From NCBI GenBank assembly GCA_963771255.1, contig CAVYSO010000002.1:908823-972822 (forward strand): a stretch of 64,000 bases of DNA. Reading direction: 5' to 3'. Source of the DNA: an uncultured Solirubrobacteraceae bacterium. GTDB lineage: Bacteria > Actinomycetota > Thermoleophilia > Solirubrobacterales > Solirubrobacteraceae. This document shows positions 9,051 through 15,972 of the stretch, piece by piece. Under the pieces are notes generated by a model. The model ran no database searches and had not been told where the DNA came from. It saw only the letters and a list, made by a program, of their open reading frames with translations. Every line of letters begins with the position of its first letter. The stretch's first letter is position 1. A program made the translations under genes and the position numbers.

Positions 9051-10973
9051 ATGCGTCCATCCCGTTCGAGCACCCACGCCGAGGTCACGCGCCTCGAGCC
9101 GCTGCGCAACGCCGGCCCGAGCGCAGCCGGCCCGAGCGCGGCTGTAGCCGGTGTGGTGACGAGCGCCGAGCCGGCGGGCGTGCCCGGCGCAACCGGCACC
9201 TCAACCCCGGCCGGGGGCGGACCGGCGCTGGCGCCGGTCAAGCCGGTCTCGGCGGTGGATACCCAGCCCGCCGATGAGCGCATCGAGCGGCTGTTTGAGA
9301 TGACGAGCGACCTGCTCGCGACGATCTCGCTAGACGGCCGCTTCACATTGCTCAACCCGGCCTGGGAGGCAGTGCTCGGCTGGACACTGCAGGAGCTCGA
9401 AGCGAACCCGATCCACGAGCTGATCCACCCGGACGACGTCGAGCAGACGATCGCACTGCTCTTGGCCGGCAACCACCGCCCGGCTCACCTGGAGAACTTC
9501 ACCAACCGCTACCGCCACCGCGACGGCTCGTGGCGCTGGCTGTTGTGGAGCGCGCGCTGTGATGGCGATGAGTGGTACGCGGCGGCCAAGGACGTCACCG
9601 ACCGTATGTGGCTCGAGCGCCAGGCGCTGCGCGACCCTTTGACGCATCTGCCCAACCGCCTGCTGCTAATGGACCGCACGCGCCAAGCGCTCTCGCGCGT
9701 GCACCGTAGCGGCGGCGTCGTGTCGCTGCTATTCATCGACCTCGATCGCTTCAAGGCGGTCAACGACAACTTCGGCCACGACATCGGCGACCGGCTGCTG
9801 ATCGCGGTCGCCGACAGGCTTGCCGAGATGATGCGCGACAGCGACACGGTGGCGCGCCTGGGCGGCGACGAGTTCGTGATCCTCGGCGAGGAAATGAGAA
9901 GCGACGAGGAAGCGTTCGCGCTGGCCGAGCGCGTCGTGCAGACGCTGCAGCAGCCCTTCCGCGTAGGGCCAGTCGAGGTCTCGATGCCGGCGAGCGTGGG
10001 CGTCTCGATCACGCACGATCCGGAAGCCGACCCGGAGAGCATGCTGCGCGAGGCCGACGTGGCGATGTATCGCGCCAAGGGCGCCGGCGGGCAGCGTCCG
10101 GAGATGTTCGACGAGAGCCTGCGCCGCGAGATGACGGCGCACCTGGAGATCGAGGAACGCCTGCTGCGGGCGCTGCCGCACGACGAGCTCGTGCTCACCT
10201 ACCAACCGATCCTCCCGCTCGGGGGCGGTCGCGCGATCGGCTGCGAGGCGCTCGTGCGCTGGCACCCCGACGGCGAGGATGAATCGGAGATCGACGAGCT
10301 CTTGCCTGCCACCTTCCTGCCGCGCGCGGAGGAAAGCGAGCTGATCGTGCAGATCGGCGACTGGGTGTTGCACACGGCGTGCGCTCAGGCCGCCGAGTGG
10401 CGCCGCCAGGGCATCTCGCTGCCGATCTCGATCAACATCTCAGCGCGCGAGATGAGCGAGCTCGACCTCGCGGCGCGCGTGCACAAGGAGCTGATGCGCT
10501 TTCAGCTGCCCGGTCGCGCGCTGTGCCTGGAGGTGACCGAGGAGGCCGTGCTGCGCGACCCCGAGCGGGCGCGCGCGGCGCTCGGCGACGTGCGCCGCCT
10601 GGGCGTGGCGATCGCGCTCGACAGCTTCGGCGGACGCGACTCCTCGATCACGCTGCCGCGCAAGCTGCCGCTCGACATGCTCAAGCTCGACCGCGGGCTG
10701 ATCCAGTCCTTCGAGCGCGACCGTGAGACGCGCGCGATGGTCGCGGCAATGATCGCGCTGGCGCACAAGGCGGGGCTGACGGCGGTAGCGGTGGGGATCG
10801 AAACAAACCGCCAGCTAGCGCTCGCACGCGAGCTCGACTGCAGGGTCGGCCAGGGCTTTCTGCTGCACCGACCGGACTCGCCCGAGCGGCTGCGTCTCAC
10901 GGGCGACGCCGGGGCGGTAACGTCCGCGCCATGGCGTCCGCGCGTGCGACTGGGCGAGAGCAGCCGGCGCTGA
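9051..10973 (+). CDS. PAS-GGDEF-EAL protein (intact GGDEF, degenerate EAL)
   Basis: IHPDD PAS motif; DLDRFK..ND; RDSD I-site then ARLGGDEF; EALVRW present but DDFG reads DSFG and EGVE reads VGIE. Confidence 0.92.
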   Translation: MRPSRSSTHAEVTRLEPLRNAGPSAAGPSAAVAGVVTSAEPAGVPGATGTSTPAGGGPALAPVKPVSAVDTQPADERIERLFEMTSDLLATISLDGRFTLLNPAWEAVLGWTLQELEANPIHELIHPDDVEQTIALLLAGNHRPAHLENFTNRYRHRDGSWRWLLWSARCDGDEWYAAAKDVTDRMWLERQALRDPLTHLPNRLLLMDRTRQALSRVHRSGGVVSLLFIDLDRFKAVNDNFGHDIGDRLLIAVADRLAEMMRDSDTVARLGGDEFVILGEEMRSDEEAFALAERVVQTLQQPFRVGPVEVSMPASVGVSITHDPEADPESMLREADVAMYRAKGAGGQRPEMFDESLRREMTAHLEIEERLLRALPHDELVLTYQPILPLGGGRAIGCEALVRWHPDGEDESEIDELLPATFLPRAEESELIVQIGDWVLHTACAQAAEWRRQGISLPISINISAREMSELDLAARVHKELMRFQLPGRALCLEVTEEAVLRDPERARAALGDVRRLGVAIALDSFGGRDSSITLPRKLPLDMLKLDRGLIQSFERDRETRAMVAAMIALAHKAGLTAVAVGIETNRQLALARELDCRVGQGFLLHRPDSPERLRLTGDAGAVTSAPWRPRVRLGESSRR

Positions 10974-11644
10974 GCGACGCTGGGGCGGTCGCGCAGCGCA
11001 AGCGCGAGGCGGCCTACGCGGCGGCCGAGGAGGTGCACGACGGCATGCGCCTGGGCCTCGGCACTGGCTCGACCGTGGCCTTCCTGCTGCAGGCGCTCGG
11101 CGAGCGCGTCTCCTCGCTAACAGGCCTGCGCTGCGCGGCGACCTCGCCGCAGACGGCGAGCATGGCGCGTGCGCTGGGGCTCGGCGTGGAGGAGCTCGAT
11201 CAGCTCGGCGAGCTCGACCTGGCGATCGACGGAGCCGACCAGGTCGACCCGGCAGGCTGGCTTGTCAAGGGCGGCGGCGCGGCGCATACGCGCGAGAAGA
11301 TCGTGGCGACAGCCGCAAAGCGCTTCGTCGTGATCGTCTCGGCCGAGAAGGTCGTCGAGCGACTGACCGCGCCGATCCCGCTCGAGCTCGTGCCGTTCGC
11401 CGTGCAGACGACTCTGCGGGCGCTTGGGGATGCCCAGCTGCGCGACGTGCCGCGCAGCCCGGACGGCGGCTTGATCGCCGACTACCTCGGCGAGGTCGGC
11501 GACCCGCGCGCGCTGGCCGAGGCGCTAAGCGCACAGCCGGGCGTCGTCGAGCACGGCCTATTCGCGCCGCAGATGGTCAGCTCGGTGCTGATCGCCGGCG
11601 CTCAGGGCATCGAGCGCCGCGCCGGCGCCAAGCGCGAAGACTAA
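10970..11644 (+). CDS. rpiA: Ribose-5-phosphate isomerase A
   Basis: GLGTGST, DGADQVD and KGGGAAHTREK motifs; start uncertain (overlaps upstream stop). Confidence 0.93.
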   Translation: MSDAGAVAQRKREAAYAAAEEVHDGMRLGLGTGSTVAFLLQALGERVSSLTGLRCAATSPQTASMARALGLGVEELDQLGELDLAIDGADQVDPAGWLVKGGGAAHTREKIVATAAKRFVVIVSAEKVVERLTAPIPLELVPFAVQTTLRALGDAQLRDVPRSPDGGLIADYLGEVGDPRALAEALSAQPGVVEHGLFAPQMVSSVLIAGAQGIERRAGAKRED

Positions 11645-12198
11645 GCGGCGCGCAGCTCTTCGGAGGAGGCCATCGGACGGCGCGCGAGTACGCCATCGTC
11701 GTCGATCTCGTAGGCACCCATTCGCGCGAGCGGCGGTGAGTAGACGTGCAGCGTTACGGCCGGGTCGCTGCCGCCGTGGCGCACGCGGTGGATGTCCGAA
11801 GGCGAGAAGTGAAAGGCATCCCCCGCCGCGAACGAGCGACTGCACGGCTCGCCGCCGATCGTCAGCCGCTCCTCGCGCACGCGGCCGCCGACGACGGCGA
11901 CGGCGCCCGACGAGACGTCGTGGTCGTGAAAGCCGGTGTCGTGGTCGTCCATCCAGCAGATCAGCCACGCCGTGAGGTGCGCGTCGTTGAGCAGCTCCTC
12001 ATAGACGCGCTGGGTGGCGTCGTGGCGTACCAAGTCGATCCACAACTCGGGCCGGTCGGCGAGCTCGCGCACGAACCGCTCCAGCTCGGCGCCGCCGAGA
12101 TCGCGACCGCGCGGTCGAGGCACGGAGTCGAGCGCCGACACGGAGCGTGGCGGCGCAGGCGCCATGGCGGCGAGCGAGACGGGACGGAGGGCGCTCAC
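11641..12198 (-). CDS. Cysteine/thiol dioxygenase family cupin
   Basis: ICW..DHDTGFHDH, IHRV and TLHVYSPP motifs. Confidence 0.88.
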   Translation of the reverse strand: MSALRPVSLAAMAPAPPRSVSALDSVPRPRGRDLGGAELERFVRELADRPELWIDLVRHDATQRVYEELLNDAHLTAWLICWMDDHDTGFHDHDVSSGAVAVVGGRVREERLTIGGEPCSRSFAAGDAFHFSPSDIHRVRHGGSDPAVTLHVYSPPLARMGAYEIDDDGVLARRPMASSEELRAA

Positions 12199-13214
12199 GA
12201 CGCAGCCACCCCCTCTCGCGGCGGGCGAGCGTGCGCCGGGACGGGCGCGGCGGCGCCGAGCACACGTCGTGTGTTCCGGCCGATCGCATCCCAGTCGAGC
12301 GCGGCGGCGATGCCGTGCTCGCCCGGATCGGCGACGGGGCGGTCCGATCCATAGAGCAGTTGCTCGGCTCCAACCACATCGGCCAGCTGACCGACCGCGG
12401 CAGGGCCGTAGGAGGAGGTCTCATAGAAGATCAGCGGATCGTGTGACGGCGCGGAGAGGCAGCCACGCGAGCGCAGGCGCTCGGCGTGCAGCGGCGCGAG
12501 GCCGGCGAGCATCGAAAAGACGACGCGCAGGCGCGGGTGCTCCGCGCGCCCGGCGCTGAGGAAGGCGAGCCATGCGGCCTGCATGTCGGACACGTACAGC
12601 GTCAGCGCCGACCACCACAGCGGATCGCTGAGCGACGGCTCACCGCTCGCCGCCGGTAACGCACGCGAACCGCCCAGACCGGGCCCGGGATGCACGAACA
12701 GCGGAGCGTCGGCGGCTTCAAGCGCGTGCAGCACACCACGGAGCCGACCTAGTCCCTCGATGCTCCCGAGCGCGCCGGCCGGCAGCGACACGCCGGCGCA
12801 GCCGCGGTCGAGCACGCGCTCGACATCGTCGGGGCCGGCGCCGTCGAGCGCGATCGCGCCCCATACGCCGAAAGGCTCGCCGAGCGCGAGTGCGCCGTCG
12901 TGGTAGGCGTCAATCAGCGGCAGCGCATGGCGGCGCGGGAGGCCCTCGATGCCGAGCGGGCTCGACAGGCAGATGAGCGCGCCAGCGAGGCCGTCCTCAC
13001 GCACGAGCCCCGCCCGGCGCGCCGGCGTCTCGCTGGAGCGCTCGATCACATACGGGCGCTCGCGGGCGAGGAACAGCACGGTGAGACCATGCTCGTGGCG
13101 CACGAACGGGAGCTCACCGCGGTGCTCGAGCGCCTGCACCAGCGGCTCCGTCCAGAGGTGCTGGTGGACATCAACCCTTGCCGCCGGCAAAGTCCTCATC
13201 TCCCCTCTGACCAT
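12195..13214 (-). CDS. Amidohydrolase-2 family protein
   Basis: DVHQH, LFVHP and YGSD.P motifs; 4-nt overlap with the dioxygenase gene. Confidence 0.8.
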   Translation of the reverse strand: MVRGEMRTLPAARVDVHQHLWTEPLVQALEHRGELPFVRHEHGLTVLFLARERPYVIERSSETPARRAGLVREDGLAGALICLSSPLGIEGLPRRHALPLIDAYHDGALALGEPFGVWGAIALDGAGPDDVERVLDRGCAGVSLPAGALGSIEGLGRLRGVLHALEAADAPLFVHPGPGLGGSRALPAASGEPSLSDPLWWSALTLYVSDMQAAWLAFLSAGRAEHPRLRVVFSMLAGLAPLHAERLRSRGCLSAPSHDPLIFYETSSYGPAAVGQLADVVGAEQLLYGSDRPVADPGEHGIAAALDWDAIGRNTRRVLGAAAPVPAHARPPREGVAAS

Positions 13215-13237
13215 ACGGTCAAACGGCTAAATCCATG

Positions 13238-13263
13238 TTTGTCGATCATTTTTATCGACTTTA
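13238..13263. promoter_or_regulatory. AT-rich inverted repeat, candidate operator (Rrf2-like)
   Basis: TTTGTCGATCATTTTTATCGACTTT, with GTCGAT/ATCGAC arms, immediately upstream of the amidohydrolase-dioxygenase operon. Confidence 0.5.
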
Positions 13264-13296
13264 GCACGAAAAGCCTTGCTTGTGGCCGGCGGACGC

Positions 13297-13493
13297 TGCC
13301 AGGAGTCCAGCGCCACCCGATCTGGCTGTTCGCATCGGCACTTCTCTTCCTCGCGCTCGGCTAGCTCGTTGCCTGGAGACGGCCGCGACGGTCGTTCGCG
13401 CTCGCCGCCGCCTTCGTCTGGGTTCTGCTCGCGGCCGCGGCGTTCTGGATCCCGCTGACCTGGCTGCGCTCCGCGCCCGCGGGCGGCCCTTAG
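13297..13493 (+). pseudogene. Small two-TM membrane-protein fragment with in-frame TAG
   Basis: ...PIWLFASALLFLALG*LVAWRRPRRSFALAAAFVWVLLAAAAFWIPLTWL...*; no clear start codon. Confidence 0.4.
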
Positions 13494-13560
13494 CCGTTCA
13501 CCGGCGCAGAGCCATACGCGCCGGGCCTGCTCACGGCAACGCCGGGCTCATGCGGACGAG

Positions 13561-13631
13561 CGGGGGACCCAGGAATCGAACCTGGCGTTGCGGTTTTGGA
13601 GACCACCGTGTTACCGATACACCAGTCCCCC
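13561..13631 (-). tRNA. tRNA-Trp(CCA)
   Basis: Reverse complement GGGGGACTGGTGTATCGGTAACACG-GTGGT-CTCCAAA-ACCGC...GGTTCGATTCC...GTCCCCCG; G73 discriminator. Confidence 0.92.
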
Positions 13632-13706
13632 GGGGAGTCGAGATTGTAGGCGCTCGGCCGCCTGCCGACCGGCCCGGTCAGTGCGCCTAAGACTGGCGCC
13701 CGAGGC

Positions 13707-13733
13707 TCAAGCACCCGTGGCGCGATGCCGACA
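13707..13733 (+). promoter_or_regulatory. Candidate sigma-28 (FliA/WhiG)-type promoter
   Basis: TCAA-N16-GCCGACA upstream of the pilin operon; the same motif occurs at 61160-61185. Confidence 0.4.
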
Positions 13734-13768
13734 CGAGAAGCAGCAGCCTTCGGGGGTCGCTCGTAACA

Positions 13769-15178
13769 ATGCTCACTTTCTCTGCCATGCTCCGTTCCGC
13801 CCACGGCGCCCACGCCCGCGTGAGCCGGCGGGCCGCGCAGCTGCGCAATTCGAACGCCTTCACCGCGCTGGCCTCAGAGGGCCGATCAGAGTCGGGCGTG
13901 ACGCTGATCGAAGTCGTGATCAGCGCGATGCTCGTCGCGATCATCGTGGTCGGCACGCTGACGGGCTTCGACAGCGCGAGTCGCGCAACGTCGAAGGAGC
14001 GCCAGCGCAACCAGGCCACGCTGCTCGCGGGACAGGACGAGGAACGCATGCGGGCCATGAACATCACCGAACTTGGTCGCCTGGGAGCGAGCACGAGCCC
14101 AGCCGAACAAAACGGCACGAAGTTCACGATCGAATCAAAGGCGCAGTTCGTGTCGGCTGCAAAAGAAGAATTCGCCTGCGAAGTGAGCGGCGGCACGGCC
14201 GACTACATCCAGACGACCTCAAAGGTCTCATGGGCGTCGCTGACAAAGCAGAACCGCGAACCCGAAGCGGTCACACAGTCGAGCCTGATCCCGGTGCCCA
14301 CGAGCTCGAGCCTGCTCGTCAATGTGCGCGATCAGGCCAATGAAGACGTCGAAGGCGCGACGGTCAAGGTCACGGGTGAAAGCGGCACGACCTACGAACA
14401 GACGACGCCGGAATCGGGCTGCGTGATCTTCGGAGCGCTGCCCGACAAAAAAGTCAAAATCACGGGGACAAAAACCGGTTGGATCAACGAAAAACTCGAA
14501 AGCGAACCGGCGGCGACCGAAGCGCAGCTGTCTACGTCGGCGCTCGTCACCAAGACATTCGCGATCGCCAACCCCGGCAGCCTGCTCGTCGAATTCCAGA
14601 GTGCCGGCAACCCGGTCGGCGTTCAGGGCGACACCGTCTACGTCGCGCACACAGGTGCTCCCGAAAAACTCCTCGGTACAGCCGGAACGTACAGCTCGAC
14701 GATCACGGTTCCGGGCCTTTGGCCCTACCAAACGGCCGGCTCGCCCCCGGGCCCGAGCCCGTACACGGTGTATGCGGGCTGCAAAGAAACCAATCCGGCG
14801 ACGATCAGCAAAGGAGAAGTTGCCACCCCCGCGCCGCAGGTCGAACCTGGCGCGCAAACACCCGTCAAAGTCGAACTCCCGGCCATCAACCTGAAACTCT
14901 ACGAAGGCAGCTCCTCGGCGAGCCCGGGCCTGCTCGACAGCAAAGCCGAAGCGAAGCTCACCTTCTGCGGCTCATCGCGGACGATGAAAACCACAACCGC
15001 CGGCGCTCTTGAACAGCCCTACCAGCCGTACACGAAACTGACGCTCTGTCTGACGCAGCTGATCGGCAGCCAACGCTACAAATACTCGAGCGAAGTCTCG
15101 AACACAGCGCGGGCAGGCGTAACCGTCGGTCCGCTCTACATGTCCTCGAGCATCTACAAAAGCACGACGGGATGCTGA
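13769..15178 (+). CDS. Type IV minor pilin (PilV-like) with C-terminal beta-sandwich domains
   Basis: Class III signal peptide ESG|VTLIEVVISAMLVAII with E5; carboxypeptidase-regulatory-like segment VEGATVKVT; several cysteines. Confidence 0.85.
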   Translation: MLTFSAMLRSAHGAHARVSRRAAQLRNSNAFTALASEGRSESGVTLIEVVISAMLVAIIVVGTLTGFDSASRATSKERQRNQATLLAGQDEERMRAMNITELGRLGASTSPAEQNGTKFTIESKAQFVSAAKEEFACEVSGGTADYIQTTSKVSWASLTKQNREPEAVTQSSLIPVPTSSSLLVNVRDQANEDVEGATVKVTGESGTTYEQTTPESGCVIFGALPDKKVKITGTKTGWINEKLESEPAATEAQLSTSALVTKTFAIANPGSLLVEFQSAGNPVGVQGDTVYVAHTGAPEKLLGTAGTYSSTITVPGLWPYQTAGSPPGPSPYTVYAGCKETNPATISKGEVATPAPQVEPGAQTPVKVELPAINLKLYEGSSSASPGLLDSKAEAKLTFCGSSRTMKTTTAGALEQPYQPYTKLTLCLTQLIGSQRYKYSSEVSNTARAGVTVGPLYMSSSIYKSTTGC

Positions 15179-15972
15179 GGATGATGGCGTCGCTTCGCCC
15201 ACGGATCTCCGACGAGCGCGGCTTCACGCTGATCGAGATGCTCGTGGCGATCATCGCCGGCCTGGTCGTCACCGGGGCGGCGCTTGGGCTGCTGGAGATC
15301 TCGGCGCGCCAGACCACGCGGATCAGCGATGACGTGCAGGCGAACCGGGCGGGGCGCAATGCGATGAACGTGGTCCTCGAAGAGCTGCACTCGAGTTGCA
15401 CGGGCTTTGGCACGACCGCGATCCAGGCGCCGTCAACGACACCGGTTAGCCCGCTCGCGTTAACCGGTCCGCTGAACCTCTGGTTCCTCAGCGCCTACGG
15501 TAATCCGACGAGCGCCGAACCAGCTGTGTCGGGCGTCGTCCAGCACGACATCAACTGGACCGCTACCGAAACCAGCAACACCGGCGAACAGCTCGGCACG
15601 CTCCGCGACTATTCCTTCACTGGCTCTGGCTCAGCGCCCAACTGGTTGTTCCCGACGCTGTCAACCGCCAACGCTGGCGCCACAAAGGTTCTCGCGAAGA
15701 ACGTCCTGCCGCCGGCGTCAACGCTGTTCCGCTACTACCGCTACGACACGAACCCGGCGAACACGAAAACGTATGGCACGCTCGTCGAAGTCAGCCCGAG
15801 CGAAGTGGGAACAGTCGCCACGAATGAGAAGATCGCGCAGGTCACGATCACCTACAAGCAGGCGCCGGAAAAGGGCGACACGCGGCAAGGGCACACGACC
15901 GCCATCACCGGTTCGGCCGTGCTGCGGCTAACGCCTCCAGAAGTCGGCTCGGAAGGAGCTACATGCGCCTGA
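15172..15972 (+). CDS. Type IV minor pilin (PilW-like)
   Basis: DERG|FTLIEMLVAIIAG prepilin motif; overlaps both neighbouring genes. Confidence 0.9.
   Translation: MLRMMASLRPRISDERGFTLIEMLVAIIAGLVVTGAALGLLEISARQTTRISDDVQANRAGRNAMNVVLEELHSSCTGFGTTAIQAPSTTPVSPLALTGPLNLWFLSAYGNPTSAEPAVSGVVQHDINWTATETSNTGEQLGTLRDYSFTGSGSAPNWLFPTLSTANAGATKVLAKNVLPPASTLFRYYRYDTNPANTKTYGTLVEVSPSEVGTVATNEKIAQVTITYKQAPEKGDTRQGHTTAITGSAVLRLTPPEVGSEGATCA

Noticed and set aside
13362-13364. Pyrrolysine or other stop-codon recoding at the in-frame TAG
   Set aside because: No pyl genes or suppressor tRNA are in the window; the nearby tRNAs have ordinary anticodons.
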